Below are positions 9,043-19,333 of a DNA stretch of 38,096 bases, in pieces; the stretch's first letter is position 1; each line of letters begins with the position of its first letter. The position numbers were made by a program, and so were the translations under genes. The stretch covers positions 62,001 through 100,096 of the forward strand of contig NZ_MWQY01000017.1 in the NCBI RefSeq assembly GCF_002087085.1, read 5' to 3'. The notes beneath the pieces are model-generated. The model was not told the DNA's origin. It did not search any database and saw only the letters and a list, made by a program, of their open reading frames with translations.

Positions 9043-10347
9043 TCAGCTCTGAAGATTCATGAAGAGGACAAGGGAATTGTATCCGATCTCATCTACCATG
9101 AAATCCTTTACGTTATCCTCAGGGATCATGGTGAAACGGATTCCCTGGGGTTCAAGGCTGTAGAGGAAACTTATCCCCTGCTCAGGACCTGCTCCCTGAA
9201 ACCTGAAAGTCGCTGCACCTGTGTAATCCCGCATCAGCTTCGGGGAGATATACCGGTCAAAGCGGATACTTCCTGTATCACCGAAACCTGCCTTGATCGT
9301 ACCAGGAACGAGGCGTTCTTTTCCGGTCCAGTTAAAAGACCCGTCGGGAAAAATCTCGATGGTTCCATAGGCGCTGCTCATGAAGCGCTCACCCATTTCG
9401 ACAATCTGCTGAAGGGCCTCTTCACGGCGGAGTTTTTCCTTTTCTATTATCTCTTCCAGATCAGGAATTGCGATAAAACGTGCGGTGATCTCTTCTGGTC
9501 CGTTCTGGAACTGGGCAAGTATCGAGGAAACCGGTGGGGCAGGGTTTTCCAGTGTTACATAGACATTGCTGTCCGTTAGATAGAAACGGTTGGTACCGGC
9601 TTCTTCAATTCCGGAGAATTCTCTGGAAAGCCGGTATTTTGAAGAGACTATGGTAACGACTCCCTGCTCTCTGTCGGGGAAAAACCCGAATTCGGGATTC
9701 AGCACCTGCAAAGCCGGAGTTCCCCGGCGGATAAGGTGAACAAAGCGTTCAGGATAATAGGAACGGGTGAAAAAATCATCCACCCGGGGATCTACATTCT
9801 GTACAGACAGCACTGCTTCCCGTTCACCTTCCTGGTACACAGTGAGTTCTTTATCGAAGCAGTAGCCCTGTGTGCCATCCCGGGTGAGAACCTTGTACCA
9901 GAATCCCAGGTATTCGCCTACCTGGACCTCTTCCGTGGCTTTTGAGAGGACTTTCAACTCCTCATGCTGCCGGAGGCGGTAGACCCGGTCGCTCAGGGCA
10001 TCAGGTTCGGAACGCACCGGAAGTCCAACCCTGGATGAGAGGGCCATGGTATTCGCAAAGGGCCTGTAATTCTCGGCTGCCCTGCGCGCCTCATTTTCGT
10101 TATTGTAGTAATCGACCCTCCAGCGTTTGAGACTGAGATTTTCTTCAGATCTGGGGTCTTCAATTATGTATGATTCTTCTATATTGGATTCACTTATAAT
10201 CCTGACAACATCGGCACTCTCAAGAGAACTGCCTTCCGGAGGCCAGAGGATAACACCATAGCCGATTCCGCCGGAGGTGCAGGAGAGAAGCAGAAGGATG
10301 AAAATGACCAGAACACTTGCTGACGAATAGATTTTACCGACTCGCAT
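9043..10347 (-). CDS. SH3-like domain lipoprotein
   Basis: From ATG 10347 there is a signal peptide with lipobox LLLLSC; bacterial SH3-like segment (LPVRSEP...FWYKVLTRDGTQGYCF). Confidence 0.75.
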   Translation of the reverse strand: MRVGKIYSSASVLVIFILLLLSCTSGGIGYGVILWPPEGSSLESADVVRIISESNIEESYIIEDPRSEENLSLKRWRVDYYNNENEARRAAENYRPFANTMALSSRVGLPVRSEPDALSDRVYRLRQHEELKVLSKATEEVQVGEYLGFWYKVLTRDGTQGYCFDKELTVYQEGEREAVLSVQNVDPRVDDFFTRSYYPERFVHLIRRGTPALQVLNPEFGFFPDREQGVVTIVSSKYRLSREFSGIEEAGTNRFYLTDSNVYVTLENPAPPVSSILAQFQNGPEEITARFIAIPDLEEIIEKEKLRREEALQQIVEMGERFMSSAYGTIEIFPDGSFNWTGKERLVPGTIKAGFGDTGSIRFDRYISPKLMRDYTGAATFRFQGAGPEQGISFLYSLEPQGIRFTMIPEDNVKDFMVDEIGYNSLVLFMNLQS

Positions 10348-10429
10348 AGCTTTGAATAGACCATATATACCGGGATAAGTCAATAATTCCCGGATCATCT
10401 GCCCGGACTGCGGGCTGAACAGGAAATGC

Positions 10430-11254
10430 TTAATCGCCAATCACGAAGGCGATTTTTCCCTGCTGCAGGATTTCCCCGGCCCGGGGAGAATTAAGAAGGG
10501 AGAGGGCATCGGAGCGTGGAATAACGGGATCCGAAGGGGCAATGCCAAAGAGACCCCTTGCGACGATTCGCAGGGGACTTGGGCCTACGCGATCCTCCAG
10601 TTCCACGGAAGACAGTGATCTGAAGTATCCAACCGGTCCCCGCTCAAGGAGAGTCTCCCGGTCCATCATTTCCGGTTCAAACACGATATTCATCTCTGTA
10701 TCCCAAATACGGGGAAAAAGAACCGGGACAAGATTCGAATCTCCCTCTTCACCGAAGACGGGATACGTATCCTGGGCGTATATAAGAACGCCCGTGTAAT
10801 TTGCGCTTGGTGCATGAAATAGACCGGGGGGCGGTGTGTATCCTCTGGAATGATCAAGGAATACTGCAGCCAGATCCGGAAACAGGGCTAATCGGAAGGT
10901 GAAGGTCAGCTCGCCGAATTCCCGGGAAAAACTGCTGGAGACAGGCTCTATTTTGGTAAGCGCGTCGAGTAAATCGGAAATCCTGCGGGGATTGCGGCTG
11001 ATCCACTCCTCGAGGGAGAGGGATGATGAAATACGCAGATCCCCGGCAGCGGATATAAACCGCTCTCCCAGATTACTGAAGGTTTCACGCCTCAGTCGGG
11101 ACCGCTCTTCCGGAGAGAAATCGTCCACCCTGTGTACGACGGAGAGTCCTATAATCCCGTTCTGCCAGTCGACATCGACCCGGGACCCCGGATCCGGAAA
11201 GATGTTTACCGCACATATAACAAGAGCCGCAATAAGCGGAAAAACTCTTTTCAC
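10430..11254 (-). CDS. secreted hypothetical protein
   Basis: 274-aa ORF with an N-terminal signal-like sequence, translationally coupled to the mltD-like gene. Confidence 0.75.
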   Translation of the reverse strand: MKRVFPLIAALVICAVNIFPDPGSRVDVDWQNGIIGLSVVHRVDDFSPEERSRLRRETFSNLGERFISAAGDLRISSSLSLEEWISRNPRRISDLLDALTKIEPVSSSFSREFGELTFTFRLALFPDLAAVFLDHSRGYTPPPGLFHAPSANYTGVLIYAQDTYPVFGEEGDSNLVPVLFPRIWDTEMNIVFEPEMMDRETLLERGPVGYFRSLSSVELEDRVGPSPLRIVARGLFGIAPSDPVIPRSDALSLLNSPRAGEILQQGKIAFVIGD

Positions 11255-12642
11255 CGCTTCTCCTCCGGTGCAGACTTCCCCAGGGGAACCTTGAGTACCA
11301 TCCCCGGATGAATCAGGGAGTTGAGACTGAGCTGATTATTGTAAGCCAGTTCAGCGGCGCTGGTGTTATAGCGGCGACCGATGCTGCTGAGGGTGTCCCC
11401 GGGCTGAACTTTGTATTGAGTAACGGTGTTATACTGCACAATACCGGCGTTGTCTTCTGGTCCTGCATAGGGCGGCATAGGTGCCGCAAGGGGGATGATC
11501 ACTTCCGAGCCGATCATCAGGCGCCGGGGATCCAGCCGGGGATTGAACTCAAGCAGAAGATCCGTGGAAACTCCGTAATGTCTGCTCAGAGCGTACAATG
11601 TATCTCCCTGCTGTATTGTATAGGTATCAAGATCCATTAATGCCAGTTCCTCATCGTTCAGGGCCCTTGTAATACTATCGGCGTATTCCTGTGGAACTTT
11701 CAGTCTGTACCCCTTTATCTGCGGGGGTGTTACAGGCTGGTTCAACTCCTGGTTGGCTTCCGCAAGAATTCGAAGGGGAATATCCGCGGCTTCAGCCAGC
11801 CGGCTCAGGTGGACCGGACCGCTGACTTCCACACGGGTCCACAGATGGTCTTCCCACTGGAGAGGAAGCCGGTAGCGGCCGGGATAGGAGGCAAAACGGC
11901 TGACGGCGAGAAAACGCGGAACATAGGATACTGTTTCTGCAGGAAGATACCCGTTCCGTGCAAGGGTCCAGAAATCCCGGGTCCCGGCAGCCTCAAGCGC
12001 CCGCTGCATGCAGCCGAGGCCGCAGTTATAGGCTCCTATGGCCAGGAGCCAGTCTCCGAGCACGTCATAATTCGACTTGAGTTTCTCCAGGGCTCCAGTG
12101 GTGGACTTCCAGAAGTCCCGTCGTTCATCCAGCCACCTGTTCACCTGGATATCGTAAGGATGGATGCTGTTCAGCATGAACTGCCAGAGTCCGGAAGCTC
12201 CTGAACGGGAAAGCGCCGAAGGTATAAAGGCGGATTCTATAATCGGCAGATAGGCCAGTTCCCAGGGGAGACCCATCTGGCGAATTTTCGAGTGGATGAA
12301 GGGCAGGTAGGGTTCGCCCCGCCGCAGAACCCGATCAAGATACTCCTGACCGGTTTTTCCGGAATAGTGAAGATAGTGGGCCTTTACCTCCGGAATATCT
12401 TCGAAATCCGATACATTGAGGGATTGAAAAGCCGGTCCCTTGTGGCCCTGTCTGGTAGGGAGGGGAGCGCCCTCTCTATTGAGTAAGTCAGACGGCGGGT
12501 GGGTTTCGTAACTCAGCATAATTTTCGAAGCACCCTTCCAATGCTCGACCCGTGCAGGCAGAGGACCGGAATACAGATGAAAGGTCATGCAGAGCAGGAT
12601 ACAAAGAGTTACATTGCCTCCGGAGAGGCGGCTTTTATCCAT
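11251..12642 (-). CDS. mltD: MltD-like lytic transglycosylase with two LysM domains
   Basis: LPIIES, GASGLWQFM, AYNCG and ETVSYV SLT motifs; LysM repeats YTIQQGDTL and YKVQPGDTL. Start uncertain (12642 or 12702). Confidence 0.9.
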   Translation of the reverse strand: MDKSRLSGGNVTLCILLCMTFHLYSGPLPARVEHWKGASKIMLSYETHPPSDLLNREGAPLPTRQGHKGPAFQSLNVSDFEDIPEVKAHYLHYSGKTGQEYLDRVLRRGEPYLPFIHSKIRQMGLPWELAYLPIIESAFIPSALSRSGASGLWQFMLNSIHPYDIQVNRWLDERRDFWKSTTGALEKLKSNYDVLGDWLLAIGAYNCGLGCMQRALEAAGTRDFWTLARNGYLPAETVSYVPRFLAVSRFASYPGRYRLPLQWEDHLWTRVEVSGPVHLSRLAEAADIPLRILAEANQELNQPVTPPQIKGYRLKVPQEYADSITRALNDEELALMDLDTYTIQQGDTLYALSRHYGVSTDLLLEFNPRLDPRRLMIGSEVIIPLAAPMPPYAGPEDNAGIVQYNTVTQYKVQPGDTLSSIGRRYNTSAAELAYNNQLSLNSLIHPGMVLKVPLGKSAPEEKR

Positions 12643-13738
12643 CACTGCTCCCGGCGAAGGGTTTTTCTCCAAAGTAAATTCCCGCCCATTCCCATTGACC
12701 ATGAATTTCGGGATCCGCGGGGAAGTTAACCCGCCTGAAATAGAGGTACCAGGTTTTAATCCGGTAGGACCAGCCCCAGGTCCTTAAATATGCCTCCCTG
12801 CTGTTGGACCCCTCATCCAGCTCCCGGGAGTAGTAGACATTACCCTTGAGAAAGATGCCGATGTCCGCCAGAAAGTCGATATTTGCCTCGGTCTCTTCTT
12901 CTTCCCAGGAAAGGGCGAAAAAATTGACCTTGGCCATATACTGACGCAGCCTGCGGGGGTCCTCCCGCCAGATGGCAGCTTTTATGTTGTTCACCAGACG
13001 ATCCAGATCGGCCATGGTCCAGTCCTTGTCCCTTCGATCGTAGAAGGTAATCATGGAAGTAATGTCTTTATGGGCTTCCGGTTTACCGGGAATGCTCGTT
13101 TCGGGATACAGCAGAAACTGCTTGTAGGCCTGGATTGCCAGTTCCCATTCGCCGACTTCCTCGTAGGTTTTTCCCAGAAAATAGTAGGCCTCGCCCATAT
13201 CTATTTCGCCGGAGAAACGGGCGATCAGTTCCTTGTAGTACTGAATGCGTACCTCCGGATCTTCCACCAGATTAATGAGGCTTTTCAGACAGAGATAATG
13301 TACCGAGCTGTCCCGGACCAGCAGGTCCGAGTAGTTTTTCAGGATACGTTCGTAATAGTGTACGGCGAAGGGAAATGCCTTGCTGTCCCGGTAGTTCTCC
13401 GCAATGACGAGAAGATAATAGGCGTTGAAAGGGTCCTGGGGGTTTTTCTCCACATAGGTGGAAAGAAGAAGGTTCAGCTGTTCCACCGCTTCCCGCTGAT
13501 AAAGCTGCTTGATTATCTCGTTGAGCAGAATGAACCGGGCTTCAAAGCGCTGGTTCTCAGAATCCCGCAGCTGGATTAAAAGATCCGCCAGCTCCTCTTT
13601 CTGTTCCCTGCTGCCCTTGAGAAAGTAGGAGAGTTCTCCGTACTTCAGGGAATCGATCAGGGAACACTGAGTAGAAGAGAGGACGAGGGTGATAATCATC
13701 ACCACGAAAAAAGCCGTTACGCCTATGCGCTTTCTCAT
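12635..13738 (-). CDS. TPR-repeat envelope protein
   Basis: N-terminal hydrophobic/lipoprotein-like signal; TPR repeats (AYYFLGKTYEEVGEWELAIQAYKQFL). Confidence 0.85.
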   Translation of the reverse strand: MRKRIGVTAFFVVMIITLVLSSTQCSLIDSLKYGELSYFLKGSREQKEELADLLIQLRDSENQRFEARFILLNEIIKQLYQREAVEQLNLLLSTYVEKNPQDPFNAYYLLVIAENYRDSKAFPFAVHYYERILKNYSDLLVRDSSVHYLCLKSLINLVEDPEVRIQYYKELIARFSGEIDMGEAYYFLGKTYEEVGEWELAIQAYKQFLLYPETSIPGKPEAHKDITSMITFYDRRDKDWTMADLDRLVNNIKAAIWREDPRRLRQYMAKVNFFALSWEEEETEANIDFLADIGIFLKGNVYYSRELDEGSNSREAYLRTWGWSYRIKTWYLYFRRVNFPADPEIHGQWEWAGIYFGEKPFAGSSDG

Positions 13739-13749
13739 ATATGAATCAG

Positions 13750-13778
13750 ATACTACCAGACCTGTATGGACTTGACAA
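13750..13778 (-). promoter_or_regulatory. sigma70-type promoter for the TPR-mltD operon
   Basis: TTGTCA-17 nt-TAGTAT with TGn extension; predicted start site only about 4-6 nt before ATG 13738. Confidence 0.55.
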
Positions 13779-13878
13779 TATTGGCCCGAGGTAAGGAGCT
13801 CTGCTTACTTGTCCGGCGGACGTATATTTGATAATCTGATAATCGCTGAACAGCGATTATTGTGTACCAGGAGAGGAT

Positions 13879-15087
13879 ATGGCGCAAAGTATTACCAAAA
13901 CCGGAGATAAACTGATTGTTCCCGACCAGCCGATAATTCCCTATATTGAAGGTGATGGAATAGGTCCGGATATCTGGGCGGCTTCAGTTCGCGTCTTCGA
14001 CGCCGCAGTGGCGAAAGCCTACGGCGGAAGCAGAAAGGTCGCCTGGAAAGAGGTGCTGGCGGGTCAGAAAGCCTTCGATGTCACCGGCAACTGGCTGCCC
14101 GTGGAAACCGAAAATGCTTTCCGTGAATACCTGGTCGGAATAAAGGGCCCTTTGACCACCCCGGTCGGCGGGGGCTTCAGGAGTCTTAACGTTACCCTGC
14201 GTCAGCACCTTGACCTTTTCGTATGTCAGCGGCCTGTCAAATATTATTCCGGAATACCGTCACCTGTAAAAAAACCGGAACAGATTGACATGGTGGTTTT
14301 TCGGGAAAACACCGAAGATGTCTACGCCGGTTTCGAGAGTCCCATGGGGGATGAAAAAACCGCCAGGCTGATAGAATTCCTCAATCATGAAATGGGCTGG
14401 CAGATCCGGGAAGATTCCGGTGTGGGAATCAAACCCATCAGTGTTTCCGGCACAAAAAGACTGGTCCGGGCGGCCATACAGTACGCCATTGATCATAAGC
14501 GGAAAAGCGTAACCCTGGTTCACAAGGGAAACATCATGAAATACACCGAGGGAGCCTTCCGGGAATGGGGATATGCCCTTGCCGGAGAGGAGTTCAGCGA
14601 TTCCGTGGTCTCCTGGGACGACTGCAGAGGAGATGTCCCGGATGGGAAAATCCTTATCAAGGATGTTATCGCCGACGCTTTTCTCCAGCAGATTCTTACC
14701 AGACCCGCCGAATACGATGTTATCGCCACCATGAACCTGAACGGTGACTACGTTTCCGACGCCCTGGCGGCCCAGGTCGGAGGAATCGGTATAGCCCCCG
14801 GTGCGAATATCAACTACGACAATGGAATCGCGGTTTTTGAAGCCACCCATGGGACGGCTCCGAAGTATGCCGGCAAAGATATGGTGAATCCCTCCTCGGT
14901 GATTCTGTCCGGCAGCATGATGTTCGAATACATGGGATGGCAGGAGGTGGCTGACCTCATCGAAAAAGGAATGACCGGTGCTATTTTGCAGAAGAGGGTA
15001 ACCTACGATTTTGCCCGGCTGATGGAGGGCTCAACAAAGGTTTCCACCAGTGATTTCGGCAACGCGATTATCGAAAACATGGGATAA
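13879..15087 (+). CDS. icd: NADP-dependent isocitrate dehydrogenase
   Basis: [45 protein letters not shown] and HGTAPKY (KY = NADP-type); SD AGGAG. Confidence 0.97.
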   Translation: MAQSITKTGDKLIVPDQPIIPYIEGDGIGPDIWAASVRVFDAAVAKAYGGSRKVAWKEVLAGQKAFDVTGNWLPVETENAFREYLVGIKGPLTTPVGGGFRSLNVTLRQHLDLFVCQRPVKYYSGIPSPVKKPEQIDMVVFRENTEDVYAGFESPMGDEKTARLIEFLNHEMGWQIREDSGVGIKPISVSGTKRLVRAAIQYAIDHKRKSVTLVHKGNIMKYTEGAFREWGYALAGEEFSDSVVSWDDCRGDVPDGKILIKDVIADAFLQQILTRPAEYDVIATMNLNGDYVSDALAAQVGGIGIAPGANINYDNGIAVFEATHGTAPKYAGKDMVNPSSVILSGSMMFEYMGWQEVADLIEKGMTGAILQKRVTYDFARLMEGSTKVSTSDFGNAIIENMG

Positions 15088-15093
15088 GCAGAT

Positions 15094-15624
15094 ATGAAAA
15101 AAGGGAGGGTACGGGTTCCGCACAAACTTTTACTGGGAAGCGTCTTCTTTTTTCTGGTGGGCATCGGTCTGCTGCTGGTTACCACCGGACTGCTTCCCCG
15201 TTACGAAGATCTCTGGCCCATCCCTCTTACCCTTCTGGGTTTGCTGTTCATCTATCTGGTGCGGGTCAACAGTGCTCCTCCCGGATACATAGTACCGGGT
15301 ATTCTCTTCTCCCTGGGAGGTCTGCTCCTTACCCTGAAGAGCCTGTTAATGCCCGATCTGACCATGGAAAGAATATGGCCCCTCTTCATGACCTTCGCAG
15401 GCGTTTCCCTGGCCATCTACGGCAGAGGATTCAAAGGCAGTTTCAGGGTTAAAATACTTGTTCCCGCTGTTGTCATGATAATCCTCTCCCTGTTGTTTCT
15501 GCCGTTCAGTCTTGAACTCGTCAGGGAGAATTTTTCTTCCGTCGTAACAGTCTGGTGGCCGCTTCTCTTCATTTTTCTGAGTCTGGGACTTTTCGGAGAA
15601 TACCTGCGCAAGAAGAAAAAATGA
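15094..15624 (+). CDS. multi-pass membrane protein (LiaF/DUF5668-like WP repeats)
   Basis: About six TM helices with three repeated 'xWP(L/I)' motifs (LWPIP, IWPLF, WWPLL). Confidence 0.7.
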   Translation: MKKGRVRVPHKLLLGSVFFFLVGIGLLLVTTGLLPRYEDLWPIPLTLLGLLFIYLVRVNSAPPGYIVPGILFSLGGLLLTLKSLLMPDLTMERIWPLFMTFAGVSLAIYGRGFKGSFRVKILVPAVVMIILSLLFLPFSLELVRENFSSVVTVWWPLLFIFLSLGLFGEYLRKKKK

Positions 15625-17297
15625 CCATACTTCGGCGATTCATGCGTATTCTGATCCTGCTGACAGTTGTTCTGCTTCTTTCCGGATGTTTTTCCACTCC
15701 GGAAAATCCTGATGAACCCGTCGCACCGCCTCAGATCAACAGAAACCAGGGTTTCGTGGTCGATGCCTTTCGGTCCCTGGCCAATGGATCTCCCGGGTCG
15801 TTGCGGGAAGCCTACAGGATTCTGGATGAGGCCGAAGGCCTGTCGGATTATGCCATGGATCTTAAATACTTAAGCAGCTGGCTCTACAACAGCCTCTATT
15901 CTTCCCTGCCTGAGAATCTGCCGGATCTTGAAGCTGTACCGAACAGTTATTTTTCATCCATCGTCGATGACATTGAAAACGGTGTATACCCGGTTACCAG
16001 GATCGAGGAGAGCAGTTACCTCTTTTTCATTCTTCCTCCCATGTCTGTCCTGTATACTGAATCAGATGACACTCTGGAGATAGCCTTCGAATCCCTCACG
16101 GTCGGTCATGATCTGAATCCGGAGGGTACGCTCCCGCTCTATCTTCTCGGATACGTGGAAGAACGCAGGGGTAATTACGACGAGGCTGTTACCCGGTACA
16201 TCAGCGCTCTCCAGCAGTCCCGGGAGTGTTACCCCGCTGCCTACGGCATGGTACGGATATACATTGAAGAAGGACGCTACGAAGATGCGGAGCTTATACT
16301 CTCCGAGGCGGCGGAACTGGTTCAGCCTGATGCCGAATATCTCTATCTGCGCGGCCGGGTTTATCTGGGAACACAACGTTTTACCCTTGCCCGTGAGAAT
16401 TTTGAGAAAGCCCGGGAGCTTCTGGGCGAGGATCCCAGACTTCTCATGGGTACTGCCCGGGCGCTTTTTTCACTGAACGAGCCTGAGGAGGCTCTGGAAA
16501 CAGTGCGGCGAGCCCGCAGACGCGGAGCAGGAACGGTGGAAACTGCCCTGCTGGAAGCGAATATTCTGCGCTCCCTGGAACAGAGAATCAAGGCATTATC
16601 GATTGTTGAACAGGCCCAGGAGCTGTTTCCTGACAACCAGAGGCTCAAGGACCTGAAAGCCCAGCTCCTGCTGGAAACCGGCCGCAGCGAAGAGAGTCGT
16701 CTTCTTCTGGAGGACGTCAGTTCCCAGGGGTATGCGGAAACCCTGGAGCGGGATGTTCTGCTTATGAAGAGTGCCATTAACGCATCCCTCTGGCGGGAGG
16801 CGCTGATCTATTTCCAGCATGCCAGTGAGCAGTCCAGGGATCAGGAGATCCTGAATCTGGGAGCAGTTATTTACATGAACACCGGAGAAGCCGGGAAGGC
16901 ACTGGAACTCTATCAGGAATTGAACAACCGGGATCCGCAAAATCCTGAGTATCCCCTGAGGGCCATGGAACTCTCCCGGGAAGAAAACAACCGGGAGCTT
17001 GCAGCTGCCATGATAGAGCGCCTCAGGACGATGGAACTGAACGCCATGCAAAAAAGCAGGCTGAAGGTGGGGGAGGCTTTTCTCGTGGCTGGTACTCCGG
17101 AGGAGCGGAAAATCCTGGAAGAAGCGCTTTTTCTTGATGTCCGCAACGAAGAGGCATTGCTGGGGCTCGCGGAATATCACCTGCGCAGGGGAGACAGGCG
17201 CAGGGCGGACCTGTATCTGCGCCAGCTGGAACGAATGTCCGGACTTGATCAGAAAACCCTGGACCGGATTCTCATACTCAAGGAGGAGCTATATTGA
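15621..17297 (+). CDS. TPR-repeat lipoprotein
   Basis: Start reassigned to ATG 15621, which overlaps the upstream stop; lipobox LLLSGC; multiple TPR repeats. Confidence 0.85.
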   Translation: MTILRRFMRILILLTVVLLLSGCFSTPENPDEPVAPPQINRNQGFVVDAFRSLANGSPGSLREAYRILDEAEGLSDYAMDLKYLSSWLYNSLYSSLPENLPDLEAVPNSYFSSIVDDIENGVYPVTRIEESSYLFFILPPMSVLYTESDDTLEIAFESLTVGHDLNPEGTLPLYLLGYVEERRGNYDEAVTRYISALQQSRECYPAAYGMVRIYIEEGRYEDAELILSEAAELVQPDAEYLYLRGRVYLGTQRFTLARENFEKARELLGEDPRLLMGTARALFSLNEPEEALETVRRARRRGAGTVETALLEANILRSLEQRIKALSIVEQAQELFPDNQRLKDLKAQLLLETGRSEESRLLLEDVSSQGYAETLERDVLLMKSAINASLWREALIYFQHASEQSRDQEILNLGAVIYMNTGEAGKALELYQELNNRDPQNPEYPLRAMELSREENNRELAAAMIERLRTMELNAMQKSRLKVGEAFLVAGTPEERKILEEALFLDVRNEEALLGLAEYHLRRGDRRRADLYLRQLERMSGLDQKTLDRILILKEELY

Positions 17298-17740
17298 AGC
17301 TGAAACGTGCTGCTCTGCTGTGCCTGTTCGGAGCCTCATTTCTGTATGCCGATAATCCCGATTACGCAGCCTGGATCGGAATGGACCCTGCCGGATCCCA
17401 CGCTGTATTCGGTCCGCCGAGCCACATTTACGTGCACCGGGGAGAACGCGCTGAGGAAGACAACGTGGTATTCTATCGGGACGGTATCTACCTTTTCTGG
17501 TTCGAAAACCGCATATGGCAGATCCGGGCGGACAGAAACTCCGGCGCTGCTCTGGCTGGTATCGGTATAGGGGACACCAGGGACAGGGTAATCGCTATGC
17601 TCGGTGAAGCCCTCTATACAGAAGCTGACGGAAGCCTCTATTTCGAGATTTCCCGGAGAAGCTATCCCCTGCGTCTCAGGGTAGTCCTTGACTCCGGCGA
17701 TACCGTGGAAGATCTCTATCTTTACCGGGGAGACTACTGA
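17294..17740 (+). CDS. secreted hypothetical protein
   Basis: Signal peptide (…ASFLYA); coupled to both neighbours by overlapping start/stop codons. Confidence 0.7.
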   Translation: MKLKRAALLCLFGASFLYADNPDYAAWIGMDPAGSHAVFGPPSHIYVHRGERAEEDNVVFYRDGIYLFWFENRIWQIRADRNSGAALAGIGIGDTRDRVIAMLGEALYTEADGSLYFEISRRSYPLRLRVVLDSGDTVEDLYLYRGDY

Positions 17741-19176
17741 TGATCTGTCTCTCCCTTACCCGTGAAACCCTTGCTGAAAATCTTAAGGAAATAGAAAGGT
17801 ATAAAAAGTATCTGCAGCTCTGCGAGCTGCGGGGAGATTGTCTCACAGAATGGGATACCGAAGCACTTCGGGATTTTCCCCGACAGGCCGGAGTACCTCT
17901 GATCCTGACCCTTCGCAGAGCCGGTGACGGTGGTAACTGGAGGACTTCGGAAGAAGAACGCTGTTCAAGATTTATGGAGCTCCTTTCATCCGGTTATGCC
18001 TGGGTGGATCTTGAGCATGTTTCTGCAACCGAATCAGTTGCCCGTGCAGCCCGGAAAAAGGGCATCCGGATTATCCGTTCCTTTCATGATACCCGGGGAG
18101 TCCCCGAAGATCTGCCGGAACGTTTCAGGGAATTGCCTGAAAGGGAAGGAGAGATTCCCCGTATTGTAACGACTCCCCGTTCTGTTGCCGACCTTCGGAT
18201 CATTCTGCAGACCCTGAGGGAGACTTCGGGACCCGGAATTATCCAGGCCATGGGGGAGTGGGGGTTCCCCGCAAGGATACTCTCCGGCCTTTACGGTTCG
18301 TATTTTACTCTGGTGTCCCCGGAAAAATCCCCGGATGATCCGGTGCCTCTCTCTCCTGAATCCCTGGAAAAGTTATACCGATACAGTACCCTCTCCTCGT
18401 CTACCTCGATATTCGGGATAATAGGGAACCCCGTGCTCCACAGCCGTTCTCCCCTGATCCACAACTCCGGATACGCAAAGCAGTCCCTGGATGCTGTGTA
18501 CCTGCCTTTCAAGGTCGATGATGTGGGAGAATTCTTCTCCCTGGCAGAGGAGCTTTCCATCCAGGGCTTCTCGGTAACCATTCCCCACAAATCTGAAGTA
18601 ATCCCCAGACTTGTCCAGACCTCGGATGAGGTCGCAGCCATCGGCGCCTGCAATACCGTTGTACGAAGCTCCTGCGGCTTCAAGGGATACAATACTGATG
18701 TAAGGGGATTCATGCTGCCCTTGAAAAAGCTCTGCGTTGCCGGGTTCCCGAAGCGGGCGGTCGTTATAGGAGCCGGAGGAGCCGCCCGGGCTGTTGTCTA
18801 CGGATTAAAAGAGGCCGGAACGGAGATCCTGATTGTCAACCGGACAGAGTCAAAAGCCCTGGACCTGGCGAGGGAGTTTAAATGCCGCGGCGCCGCACTG
18901 TCTCCCGGGATATACAGTGAGATGGCGGAATACGCCGAGCTTGTGGTTCAGACTTCCGCTGCGGGCATGCATCCTCTTGAGGAGATTGATCCTGTTTCGG
19001 GATATCCCTGGACTGGAAAGGAGATCGCCTACGATCTGATTTACATCCCCGAAAAGACCCGTTTCCTGTCCGCAGCGGAAAATGCGGGGTGTCGGATACT
19101 GAACGGAGCTCCCATGCTGCAGGCACAGGGAGAGGCGCAGTATAAACTTTTTACCGGCACCGAGTATCCCCGGTAA
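17740..19176 (+). CDS. aroE: fused type I 3-dehydroquinase-like domain + shikimate dehydrogenase
   Basis: N-terminal AroD-like motifs (ELRGD, ILTLRRAGDGG, VDLE, SFHD, MGEWG..AR). C-terminal AroE motifs (HSRSPLIHN, VTIPHK, GACNT, NTD, GAGGAARA, NRT). Confidence 0.93.
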   Translation: MICLSLTRETLAENLKEIERYKKYLQLCELRGDCLTEWDTEALRDFPRQAGVPLILTLRRAGDGGNWRTSEEERCSRFMELLSSGYAWVDLEHVSATESVARAARKKGIRIIRSFHDTRGVPEDLPERFRELPEREGEIPRIVTTPRSVADLRIILQTLRETSGPGIIQAMGEWGFPARILSGLYGSYFTLVSPEKSPDDPVPLSPESLEKLYRYSTLSSSTSIFGIIGNPVLHSRSPLIHNSGYAKQSLDAVYLPFKVDDVGEFFSLAEELSIQGFSVTIPHKSEVIPRLVQTSDEVAAIGACNTVVRSSCGFKGYNTDVRGFMLPLKKLCVAGFPKRAVVIGAGGAARAVVYGLKEAGTEILIVNRTESKALDLAREFKCRGAALSPGIYSEMAEYAELVVQTSAAGMHPLEEIDPVSGYPWTGKEIAYDLIYIPEKTRFLSAAENAGCRILNGAPMLQAQGEAQYKLFTGTEYPR

Positions 19177-19188
19177 AGCCGCTCTTCA

Positions 19189-19333
19189 GGGCAGCTCTAA
19201 AAACTACTCTTTTGCCCATATCCTGCGTCGTCAGGATTTCCCGCGCTCCTCAGCTCTTGTTAAGAGCTTGCGGGCGCTACAAAATCTTCACTCCTTGACT
19301 ATGCTAAAAAATACCACGTTTTTAAAGCCGCCC
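19189..19333. mobile_element. 145-bp MITE-like non-autonomous element, copy 1
   Basis: 16-bp TIRs GGGCAGCTCTAAAAAC / GTTTTTAAAGCCGCCC (2 mismatches), flanked by direct TCA (19186-88 and 19334-36); second inverted copy at 37932-38065. Confidence 0.8.

Noticed and set aside
10355..10383. TTGACT-17-TCTATT as a leaderless promoter for the SH3 lipoprotein
   Set aside because: The -10 lacks the critical -11A, so it is too weak to call.
19189..19204. The minus strand reads GTTTTTAGAGCTG, resembling the start of a type II-A CRISPR repeat
   Set aside because: There is no repeat-spacer periodicity and no cas gene; the sequence is explained as the MITE terminal inverted repeat.
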